This document shows positions 22,104 through 31,146 of a stretch of DNA of 64,000 bases, piece by piece. The translations under genes and the position numbers were made by a program. Below the pieces are notes generated by a model that searched no databases, was not told the origin of the DNA, and saw nothing but the letters and a program-made list of their open reading frames with translations. The stretch is from Giardia intestinalis (taxonomy: Eukaryota). How positions within the stretch are numbered: the first letter of the stretch is position 1; the number at the start of each line of letters is the position of its first letter. Location: assembly GCA_000002435.2 (NCBI GenBank), contig CM018792.1; one strand, 5' to 3'.

Positions 22104-22808
22104 ATGGCGATACGCGAACTGGAGCTGTTTCTAAATCACTCTTTGACAGACGAGATTCGATCGCAGCTCATAACCAAGGTCACAGAGATGCTCACCATGC
22201 CCGAGCTCGTCCACTTCCGTTGCTCACTACAGTCAGACTATGGTATTGCTGCACCTATAGGTCTCTACGACATTCTTCGGAGGATTCCCCTGTTTGCTGA
22301 CCATGCCTTTATGACCATCGGAGAGGTCTTTAGTGGCCTTTTTGCTGTAGCAGACTCCTTTCATGAGGTCATTACAGAGATTCAACCGTCTCTCGAGCAA
22401 TACGAAGGCCATATTTTGTGGCTCCTAACAGACACTTATAGTAGCCTCATGCACCAATCCCGTAGCTTCAAAGATTTGGGGATTCCCGTGAAGCGGATTA
22501 AGATGATTCTCAAAACAGCTTATAAGTTTACCCCAGCGCTTCCCAAGACCATTCATGACTTGGATGCCGATACAATGTCCCAGGTTCCGTCCCATGATGA
22601 GCTTAACAAACTACGCGAATACGTTGACCAGCTCCCTAACGCACAAGCCCGAGCGTTAGTGTTTGGTAAACTCTTAAGAGAGATAGGGAGGCGCCCCGAG
22701 GAAATAATCCTCAATGGGAACCAATTAAATCTAGAACTCACTGACCTGCCCTCCTTCGCATTCTGGGTCCTACTGGATGCTGCACAAGCGTATGCAACTC
22801 CATCATAG
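22104..22808 (+). CDS. Hypothetical protein (~234 aa)
   Basis: The track ORF 22092–22808 begins at an alternative TTG. The first in-frame ATG (MAIRELELFLNHSLTDEIRS...) is at 22104. It is transcribed divergently from the giant gene across a ~140-bp AT-rich spacer. I recognise no domain. Confidence 0.5.
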   Translation: MAIRELELFLNHSLTDEIRSQLITKVTEMLTMPELVHFRCSLQSDYGIAAPIGLYDILRRIPLFADHAFMTIGEVFSGLFAVADSFHEVITEIQPSLEQYEGHILWLLTDTYSSLMHQSRSFKDLGIPVKRIKMILKTAYKFTPALPKTIHDLDADTMSQVPSHDELNKLREYVDQLPNAQARALVFGKLLREIGRRPEEIILNGNQLNLELTDLPSFAFWVLLDAAQAYATPS

Positions 22809-24254
22809 CAATCGTGGCCGACCTTGTGTTTGGTGAAGGTATTAGGTGGACTTAAGCTCGCTAGCTAAATGGTCACTGAATTCTCTGAGCAAAAGGGCAC
22901 GAGGTTCTGTAAATGCCGTTTTCTCTAGCTGGCTTTCAAATAAAGTTATCTCATCTATAGCCTCCTGGTGAGAAAGGCTGCGCGGGTCCTCTGAGAAGGT
23001 TATTTCCATTTTAAAAATAGATCTATTCTATCTCCTTACTTATCAATGCGTATTTGCACAGATAAAGTGTACGTATGTACGTGATTAATATCTGAATGTC
23101 CAGAGTAGATAATTACTTAACCTCGAATGTACGTTTTCACCTCATCATGAACGTGGTGCGTGGAAGAACGACACTAATACCCTTCATGACTCAGACTATT
23201 TACTAGAGGGTTCTATGCCGTTTCAGATGAGACAGCATCATTCGCTGAGCCAGGTGCTTGGATCTGTACGTTTACTCTCTCCGTTTCACCGAGGTGGGGT
23301 TGCCATCTGCCACCTGAGCAATCCCCTCCATGCGAGCCACCGCCACTCTGGGTAGGCGGGTCCCTCCCGCCCTTGCACCAGCTGAGATCCAGAGTCCAGA
23401 GTCTAGAAACCAAAATCTGAGAATATGAGCTCAGATGTCAAGCGATTCCGGTGGGAGAAGAAGAAGTTTTCCACTTTCCCTCTCGGGAGTCTCTGTCGCT
23501 CTTCGCGGTGCCTTCCGAGGCTCTCCCATCTTCTGGCCTTTCGGGTCAGCTGTCGTCTGATATCTAGTGAGCACCCGTTGTCTCGGGCTTTTCCGTCAGC
23601 CACAGCAGTCTGGCCTCAGAAGCAGCTGACCCTGGCCATGTACTCCAGAGTCGCCTTGGTGCTGGTACTCTATCACGAAGATCGCATACGCCACGAACCT
23701 CAGGTGTCGATCCCTAGGTCCCTGAGGTGCTCCCTCGTCTTCTCGTGGAGGGTGCCGTCAGTCCCGAGTATGATCGGGAGGGTGCTCCCCGTATGCCTCT
23801 ATCTTAGAGTGGTAGTACGAGCTCATGGACGCCGGCTGGACCACTCCTATGTCGACGGCCTGGCTGGTGTCTGGAAAGAAGAGGTCCGGCTCTGGTTCTC
23901 CTTGTCATGGTCAACCCATACCTTCTGCTCGTGGATCACAGTGCACCTCTTCTTCGACATTATGTGATCAGTCATCCAACACGAGATCATGTCGACGCTC
24001 ACCCTATGCAGTGCGTCTGGCTCAGTGACGATGTGGTCTGCATCTCCTTGCATCGCACAGCACACTTGGAGGTGATGCTTTGGTCTGCCGAGACAGTCGG
24101 TCCAAGCCCGCATCTTTTCGAGAGGCGGCGGAAGGCGTCGTCCGGAAGCATCAGGAACGATCCGAAGACATGATTGATGTACGAGCCTGTGCTCACCGTT
24201 AGGTCGTCTCGCTCAGCAACCGGTTCGCGATGCTCCGTCGTCACGTCGAAGGTG

Positions 24255-24815
24255 TTAAATGCATCGCGCAGTTGCTTGTGATAGACGCCCGGCAGGTGGA
24301 CTCCCAGGCCGCCACTCTTCTTCGGTGCCGCCAGGAACGATCCACCTCTTCGGGTCAGAGCCGAGTATCCCTCCAAGGGCCTCTCCGACCTGCCTGTCGA
24401 AGGATTCATATTGTTCAACTGGTGAGTCCATCTCGACGAGCGGTGCGTAGCCGGCCATCGGAATGGCGTTGATCCTGGCCAGCGTCAGCTTGGCGTGGTG
24501 GGTGATCGGCGCGTCCATCACCAGCTTCAAGCTCTCTGCTGCCTTCTCTATCGCCCTGGGGGCTATGGACTGCTTCTCCTTCGAGACCGGGGCCCCCGGG
24601 AAGGAGACCTCCTGTCCTCTTTGGGTGCTCTTGCACTTGTCAATGTTGACTGTCAAACCATATCGTTTCGCCAGGGCTGTCGCCTCTGTGATTATCCCCG
24701 TCGCGTCGCTGTCGTTGGCATGGAAGCTGAGTGCGTCGTCAGTGTAGGCAATGAGTAGGGTATCTCTCCTTCGGCTCCTGGTGAGCAGGTTCTGTCCCCC
24801 GCAGCACAGAAGCAT
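24255..24815 (-). pseudogene. Reverse transcriptase fragment (domains ~5–7 only; 5'-truncated and frame-disrupted)
   Basis: Motifs AYTDD (YxDD catalytic box), LTVNIDKCK and GAPVSKEK. There is no upstream RT domain 0–4 and no intact long ORF. Confidence 0.55.
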
Positions 24816-25280
24816 GCTCAGGGCCCTGAGGGACCGAGTCCAGGGGTGCAGCGTGGCGCAATTAGAGGAAGGCCTCGATGTAGTTCTCAGGATGAAGGGT
24901 ACACTCGCCTGGCCGAGGCCGTCTGCTGTTGGGGCTCTCGTTATGTCGAGCGAGGCCGCTGTGTTCCGTCAATCTGCATCTCCATGTATGCCATGCGGAC
25001 ACCACCCATGTGCGTTCAGGTGGAGTGCATCTGCTCGGTCTCTAGAAAGGCCAGTGTCTGGGTCTCCAGGGGGCTCAGCAGTATCTGTGAAACACAGCCA
25101 TGATCGTCCACTGATTGTGCTTGTCCTGTCTCATCATTGGGAAGAGGGTAGAACAAGAGTTCTTCCGCTCTCCAGACCTGGTTGACATCTGATCTTCGGG
25201 CTCTGGACGTGGATCTCAGGCGATGTATGGACAGGAGGTACCCGCTTGCCTAAGGCGGTGGCTCGCATGAGGGGATCATT
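24400..25280. repeat. Inverted repeat copy 1 (retroelement-derived); the 24770–25280 core is >99% identical to 29911–30421
   Basis: Track ORFs 24751–25185 (+) and 30006–30434 (−) encode the same 142–144 aa with a single F/L difference. ORFs 24846–25103 (+) and 30088–30345 (−) encode identical 85-aa products. The coordinate mapping is x ↔ 55191−x. A lower-identity (~85%) extension runs 24400–24770 ↔ 30421–30790, for example RQGCRLCDYPRRVAVVGMEAEC versus RQACRLCDCPHRVTVVNIDTEW. Confidence 0.85.
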
Positions 25281-25465
25281 CCAGGAAGATGGAACCGTTA
25301 CATTATATCTACTGCTGTTCAGCTGTGATATTACATTAGAACTTGATTCTATTAATTTCGATAAAGTAACATTAGACACCGAGAAGGAAGCAATGTACAC
25401 AAAAACTGACACACATCCACAAACAGCACGAAAGCGTAGTGAAATGGTCGCTATTCACTCTAGGA

Positions 25466-26497
25466 TCATTTCGAGAGGATATCTACTATCTCTTTGTGAC
25501 CCTTCTTCTTAGCGATGTCAAGGGCAGTAGTACGGGGCGGGTAACCACAGTAGTCATAGACTGTCATCAGCTGCCTCTCCCCTAAGAGTAACTCAACACA
25601 CTCTATGTGGTCACCCCACACCGCATTCATAAGAGCTGTCCATCCTTTATCATTCTTCATGCCACTTTCTCTTCCTAACAGAAGCCTGACACACTCTGGA
25701 TGGCCATTACGTGCTGCCCACATGAGAGCAGTTTGACCGGTATTATTCTCCATGCCACTCTCTTTTTTGAGCAGCTCTACAACCCCTCTGTGCCCTTGCG
25801 CTGCCGCATACATAAGCGCTGTCCATCCACCAGCATCCTGGCCCCTCCTCATGTGAAGGTTGTTTCTGACTGCACCGATATCACCACGGTAAGCGGCGTA
25901 TATGAGTCCTGTCCACCCTGAGACACTGCTCTCATACCCCACCAGAAGCTCAACGCACCTAGGATAGTCTACCAGGGGGTCATTGGAACGGCCACTCCGT
26001 GCCGCGAATACGAGAGCGGTCCAACCGCCTACTTTCGCACCTCCTTCGTAACCCGCTAGCAGTTCTACTATTTCTGCGTATCCATGTGCCGCAGCCATCA
26101 TCAGCGCGGTTCCCCCCTTGTACATGGTCATCTCATCTATCTTGAAGCCTCCGGACGCCTTCTGTCCTTCCTGAAGGGGAGCAAGCGCCTTCACAGTACC
26201 TACATCATTTCTGTCAACAGCTCTCATGAGGGCAGTAAATCCGTTTTTGTCGGTGGGGTCGAGGAGCTCAACGATGTTCTTGTGTCCTGCCCTCGCAGCT
26301 ATGATCAGCGCTGTATCCCCCTCGCTGTTCTTCTTGTCTTTGTCTGAGAGATGCTTCTCGGCTGCCTCGAAGTCTCCGTCCGCAGCAGCGTGCATGAGAG
26401 GCGTCCAGGACAAATCCCTTGTGAACTGAGGTCCTGCATCGACATCCCCTTGACCAGAACTGCCTACTCGCGACCCTCCGCGTTCGTTGCGTGCCAT
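25466..26497 (-). CDS. Ankyrin-repeat protein, Giardia 'Protein 21.1' family (343 aa)
   Basis: ATG confirmed (M-A-R). Repeated ankyrin modules of the 21.1 type: ...GDTALIIAARAGHKNIVELL..., ...GFTALMRAVDRNDVGTVKAL..., ...GGTALMMAAAHGYAEIVELL..., ...GWTALMYAAAQGHRGVVELL..., ...GQTALMWAARNGHPECVRLL..., ...GWTALMNAVWGDHIECVELL.... Confidence 0.85.
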   Translation of the reverse strand: MARNERGGSRVGSSGQGDVDAGPQFTRDLSWTPLMHAAADGDFEAAEKHLSDKDKKNSEGDTALIIAARAGHKNIVELLDPTDKNGFTALMRAVDRNDVGTVKALAPLQEGQKASGGFKIDEMTMYKGGTALMMAAAHGYAEIVELLAGYEGGAKVGGWTALVFAARSGRSNDPLVDYPRCVELLVGYESSVSGWTGLIYAAYRGDIGAVRNNLHMRRGQDAGGWTALMYAAAQGHRGVVELLKKESGMENNTGQTALMWAARNGHPECVRLLLGRESGMKNDKGWTALMNAVWGDHIECVELLLGERQLMTVYDYCGYPPRTTALDIAKKKGHKEIVDILSK

Positions 26498-27469
26498 TCC
26501 TTATTTTTCTTGCCGAAGAAAGGGGCTAAAACACCTGTAATTCACACTGTAATCTACAGCTCAGTCAAATGATGTCCATACATGTATTCCTATATAACTT
26601 TGGCCCTTGCTGATTCTTTCTGTTGCATATAACTGTATGTAGTGTTATGCGTCCATGCCCGGCCTCTGCTCCTTCGTGCTGCGGCTAGCTGGGATCTTGT
26701 GAAGTACTAGGCTAGAGCCATTAACAGCGTGGAACACTGGTGGGCTTTCATCTCACCCGCAAAGTGCAGTGCGCTATGCTCTGTCTGTGAGCACTCATGC
26801 TTGACTACCCGAATGGGCTGCGTGATGTAGACTACTCTGAGACTGTAACCAAGGATTCGTGCTCAGTGCTAATTCATCTGCCGCTGTCGTTGGACCTCGT
26901 GGCAGCCATGATCTCAGATGCCTTGTGCTTACATCTGTAAGTCTTCTATGGTTGAAGAAAGTGTCTGTACGAACAGCGGGGGGCTCTCCCATGGGTTGCA
27001 GCTATGCCCATTGCAGGACCTTCAGGTCTCCTTGGACGTAGCCTGCCCAAGCTCAGTGGACTGCTGTGCAGAGAGTGTAGTCGCTCTTCGCCTGTTACGC
27101 TTTCTCCTGAAGAAGGCACGTTGCGGGAGCACTTCAAGCCCTACACTAGTGGAAAGCGCCATCGGCAGAACGCAGTCCACTGAATTCTCACGAAAGAAGC
27201 CGCTTCCACAGGATGCCCGTGGAGAGCGGCGCAGACGGCCCCCGCTCTATCTACACATGCAAGCTGGCCCCTTCGGCACACACGTTCTGCACCTTGTACG
27301 AGGCAGAGGGGTCCTGATGGGATAAAGTACCGACGCGTGTTACGGTGTGAGTGGGACGAATGACGAAGAACCAAAAAACGGTCTTACACATGCTAACAGC
27401 GTTGAACAGTGTACACTGTGGTCTCTATAGACCCACAAAGCCATCACAAAAAACGAGGAAACGACCCTG

Positions 27470-29148
27470 ATGAGCCAGGACGAGGGCAAAGCGGCAGAAG
27501 AATCCTTTGGCCGCTGGTTTTCTGCTGCACAGCGCGGAGATTGCGCCTATCTAAAACAGCATATAGCGACCATGCGGCGAGCCGTGGACTCCCGAGGAAT
27601 GACTGCGCTGATGCATGCAGCGGATGCAGGTCACGCATCGTATGTCCAAGCACTGGTTAGTGAAGCGTGCGAAATCAGCTCTGAGGGGTTCAAGGCTCTT
27701 AGGTACGCAATCCGCGCGTCCTCGATTGATGCTGCAGGAGTCTTGCTTCCGTATGAGGGCTCTGTTGAGACCTCTTCCGGTCTTTCTCCACTCCTTATGT
27801 TATTGAAGCGCAAGCAGGACACCATTGCACATATGTGCTTTGAGCATATGGATTCGTCTAAAGATCTGGCTCAAGGGAAGGATGGGGAGTTAGAAAGATA
27901 TTAATGTTTGCTACTGAGCTGAACGACTACGGGCTCCTGCAGGATGCCATCCGTCGCTGTCATAAGCTGCCTGCGGGCGATATAGCTGAAGTACTTTCTC
28001 TCGAAACAGCTACCGGCCCAACCTTTTGCATAACGTACCTCATGGGTGTGCTTGACGGATTCGCACACCGGGATGACTCAAGGCGCCAACACGCTTCTCC
28101 CACACTGATCACAACGACTCCAGATGTTGTAAAGGGTGGCCCCAAAGTAGATGAGAACGGCAACACTCTCTTGATGAGGGCAGTCATGACCTTCAACTAT
28201 AAGAAGATGCCCGACTATTCTTCTATCCTGTGCAGAAGCGTGAACAGGGAGGGGAAGACTGCGCTCATGATCGCGGCAGAAATAGGCAATGAGTCCGCTG
28301 CGGCAATACTCAGGAAATACGAGGCGAAGATCCAAGATCCTGCTGGAATGACGGCCCTGATGTTCGCCGTGAACAAGGGAAATTTAAAGCTCGTCCAGAC
28401 GCTGTTAAAGTATGAGGTTGGTCTGAAGGACGTTGCAGGCCGGACGGCGCTGATGCATGCAGTACTATCAAACAAGCAGCCTATTATTCAGGAACTTATC
28501 AAGTGTGAGACTAGCAACCAAGACTTTCAGGGCAAAACAGCCCTTATCTATGCCGTAGAGCAGAACCTTTATCAAGCCTGCAAGGCGCCCATTCCTTATG
28601 AAGCGGGCTTGGTGGACCATAGGGGTCTGCGTGCAATAGATTATGCCAAGCTCTTCGACAATATGGAGCTGATAGATCTTTTAGAGGACTCAGAAGGAAT
28701 TTCACGAAACTCTCTTCAGCAGATCCTGCTTCGTCACGGGTGGCTAGCGCCACGCATATCCAGGCCCAGCCCCAGTCGTAGTAGCCCTAAGCCGGCTCTC
28801 TCTGGTTCCACTGTGAGCAAGCCCACTACTTCAACACAAGATAAGCAGCACACTACTGTAGATGTGAATAAAGAAGGCTCACTGCCTGAAGACGCGAAGG
28901 TATTTTCCACCGATCTTATCTCTGCTGTCCACGCCAGTAGGTACTATGACATCGGTGTTCTAGCCCCACATCTTGCCAACATGAGAGATCACCACAACCT
29001 CACGGCACTCCACTACGCTATCTACCAGAATAAACGAGTGGCAGTACGCATCTTGCTTCCTCACGAATACGAATCCCTTAATGGGTTTACTATTCCACCA
29101 GAGACGCGACCAGAGATAGTTGAGATGATAAACCTCTATAGGAAGTGA
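27470..29148 (+). pseudogene. Ankyrin-repeat (Protein 21.1-like) gene split into two ORFs by a −1/+2 frameshift at ~27901–27905 (ORF1 27470–27904, ORF2 27904–29148); possibly a pseudogene or an assembly indel
   Basis: ORF1 (144 aa) ends ...KDLAQGKDGELERY* and ORF2 (414 aa) starts MFATELNDYG... on the overlapping string TAATG. Both halves carry ankyrin repeats. ORF1: ...GMTALMHAADAGHASYVQAL.... ORF2: ...GNTLLMRAVMTFNYKKM..., ...GKTALMIAAEIGNESAAAIL..., ...GMTALMFAVNKGNLKLVQTLL..., ...GRTALMHAVLSNKQPIIQELI..., ...GKTALIYAVEQ.... A single-nucleotide indel would fuse them into one ~560-aa protein. Confidence 0.6.
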
Positions 29149-29208
29149 AGCTCTCATATAAGTACCCATTCAATCTGTATAGGCAGGCCTGTGAGGTATC
29201 TATGGAAC

Positions 29209-29940
29209 TCATTTCTTTTTACCGCCACGTGAGTTGTTCTTGAAGAAGATTATGTCCCCATCTTCAACAACGTAGTTCTTCCCTTCGGTGCGGACCTTCC
29301 CGGCTGCCTTGGCCTCTGCTTCGGACCCTAACCTCTTGAGATCCTTATAAGTGTAAACCTCTGCACATATAAAATAGTCGCGGAAGTCGCTGTGGATAAC
29401 CGCGCCTGCGTCCGGTGCCTTGGTGTATTTTCTGACCGTCCAGCATCTAACTTCGTCTGCACCACATGTGAAGAAATGACAGAGGTTCAATGCCTTATAT
29501 CCCGTCTTGATGATCTTATCGAGAGCCAACTCCACAACGGAACCGTCAGGGAGCTTGTATTTTGAGGGGAGCTCTCTGAGGTAAGCATTTCTAGCCTCTG
29601 CAGAGCCTAGCTCCAAAAGTGTCGCCTCTAGCTTGGCGCTGTACGGCACTATATGCGCAGTCTCGTTTTTGGCCGTTATCCGTTCCTGTATCTTAGTAAG
29701 GAACTTATTCTTCTTCTTACTATAATCTGCCTCACTCATGTTCAAAAGGTAGACCACAGGCTTGCAACTAAGCAACTGCAGCTCGTTGAGAATCTCCACC
29801 TCACGGGACGACCAGCCCTGGGCAAAGAGGTCCTTCTTTTCCTTGAGTAGTCCCTCTATTTTTAGGTTTACTTTCCGGTTCACCGGGGTAGGGTTGTCAC
29901 CTGCTGCTTGGATGATCCCCTCATGCGAGCCACCGCCTTA
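29209..29940 (-). pseudogene. OLA1: OLA1/YchF (Obg-like ATPase 1) fragment: only the C-terminal coiled-coil and TGS half. The N-terminal G domain is missing, and the frame breaks exactly where inverted-repeat copy 2 begins
   Basis: Track ORF 29209–29883 (224 aa; its listed start is an alternative GTG, and the first ATG is internal at ...LLNMSEADY). It aligns with human OLA1 residues ~170–396: PVVYLLNMSEADYSKKKNKFLTKIQE ≈ [61 protein letters not shown] ≈ [60 protein letters not shown] ≈ [25 protein letters not shown]. Upstream, the frame stays open only to a stop at ~29938–29940, inside the repeat, and there is no GxPNVGKST P-loop. Minus-strand translation of 30790–31146 shows no OLA1 N-terminus. 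Confidence 0.7.
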
Positions 29941-30790
29941 GGCAAGCGGGTACCTCCTGTCCATACATCGCCTGAGATCCACGTCCAGAGCCCGAAGATC
30001 AGATGTCAACCAGGTCTGGAGAGCGGAAGAACTCTTGTTCTACCCTCTTCCCAATGATGAGACAGGACAAGCACAATCAGTGGACGATCATGGCTGTGTT
30101 TCACAGATACTGCTGAGCCCCCTGGAGACCCAGACACTGGCCTTTCTAGAGACCGAGCAGATGCACTCCACCTGAACGCACATGGGTGGTGTCCGCATGG
30201 CATACATGGAGATGCAGATTGACGGAACACAGCGGCCTCGCTCGACATAACGAGAGCCCCAACAGCAGACGGCCTCGGCCAGGCGAGTGTACCCTTCATC
30301 CTGAGAACTACATCGAGGCCTTCCTCTAATTGCGCCACGCTGCACCCCTGGACTCGGTCCCTCAGGGCCCTGAGCATGCTTCTGTGCTGCGGGGGACAGA
30401 GCCTGCTCACCAGGAACTGAAGGAGATACTCCACTCAGTGTCTATATTGACGACAGTGACGCGATGGGGACAGTCACAGAGGCGACAGGCCTGGCGAAGC
30501 AACATGGCTTGACGGTCAGCACTGGGTGTAGGAGCACTGAGGGGCAGGAGGCCTCCTTCCTGGCCGGTCTCAAGGATCCCCCAAGACAACCGAAGGCCGA
30601 AGCCAGTGATGGCACCAATCACTCGCCAAGCTGGCCGGGATGGACCCACACGTGACCCATGTGAATCCCTCGACAGGCAAGTCGGGATCCTTGGGGTGCT
30701 TGGCTGGCAGAGGCGGACTGATCCTGCCTGCACCGAAGAGTGGTGGCGGCTCGCATGAGAAATCACTCAGATAACAGATGAGAGTAAATC
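29911..30790. repeat. Inverted repeat copy 2: a partial retroelement copy holding the TIR-side end plus an RT fragment (YIDD box ~30440–30460, + strand), truncated at ~30790
   Basis: See copy 1. On the + strand ~30407–30655 I read ...SVYIDDSDAMGTVTEATGLAKQHGLTVSTGCRSTEGQEASF..., which parallels ...IAYTDDALSF...TEATALAKRYGLTVNIDKCKSTQRGQEVSF... in copy 1. Confidence 0.8.
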
Positions 30791-31128
30791 AGGGGACTTT
30801 GTTGAAAAAGAAACGGCGACTCGAACTTCACCCACCACGAAGGAAGACCAAGGATAGGCGCCACCGGTAGACCAGAGAGTCTACAAGAAGGCCTGAATTC
30901 AAGGTAGATCGATGTGTACACCCAGACAGAGCATATCCTCATGGAGCAGCCGAGGAGCGCCCAGATTCTGAATGTGTCACTAAAGAGGACTCTCTCGTCA
31001 TGTTATTCGCAACCAACCCTCATCTTTGGATGACCAGGACTTAAATGAAAGCTTACCCGTGAGATCCTTGAATGCACTTGCGGGCAGGCCCCAGCAACAC
31101 ATCTACATGAGCTACATACGGTGACGCG

Positions 31129-31135
31129 TTTACTA
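31129..31135 (-). promoter_or_regulatory. Poly(A) signal AGTAAAC (Giardia consensus AGTRAAY) 12 nt downstream of the VSP stop codon
   Basis: The + strand reads ...cgcgtttactaccta..., whose reverse complement is TAG GTA GTAAACG. Position taken from track ORF 31121–31324. Confidence 0.6.
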
Positions 31136-31146
31136 CCTAAGTACAT

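Larger units (their letters stand above)
23220..25280 (-). mobile_element. Degenerate ('dead') non-LTR retroelement remnant, GilD/Genie-like, with reverse-transcriptase fragments and ~140–150-bp diverged terminal inverted repeats
   Basis: This is a GC-rich block with overlapping nonsense ORFs on both strands. The minus ORF 24255–24815 has RT motifs: ...LLIAYTDDALSF... (F/YxDD box, domain 5), then ...GLTVNIDKCKS... and ...GAPVSKEKQSIAPRAIEKA... (domains 6–7). Downstream minus-strand ORFs 23999–24418 and 23847–24113 are in shifted frames and may be the degenerate C-terminal part. The left end ~23320–23460 is a ~75%-identity inverted copy of the right end ~25140–25280. Shared strings include cccctc(c)atgcgagccaccgcc, ctgagatcca..tccagag and cagatgtcaa. 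Confidence 0.55.

Noticed and set aside
23425-25185. Individual ORFs of 60–190 aa inside the retroelement island (23425–23967 +, 24751–25185 +, 24463–24747 +, and others)
   Set aside because: They are overlapping, mutually exclusive frames in GC-rich degenerate sequence. Only the minus-strand RT-motif fragments are interpretable, so the rest go under the mobile-element remnant rather than as genes.
30800-30880. tRNA-like T-arm motif on the minus strand (…GGTGAAGTTCGAGTCGCCGTTTCTTTTT…, GTTCGAGTC followed by a T-run that resembles a Pol III terminator)
   Set aside because: I could not build an acceptor stem (no 5' partner for the 3' strand), and the T-loop would be 8 nt. It is probably a chance match or a tRNA-derived fragment inside retroelement debris.
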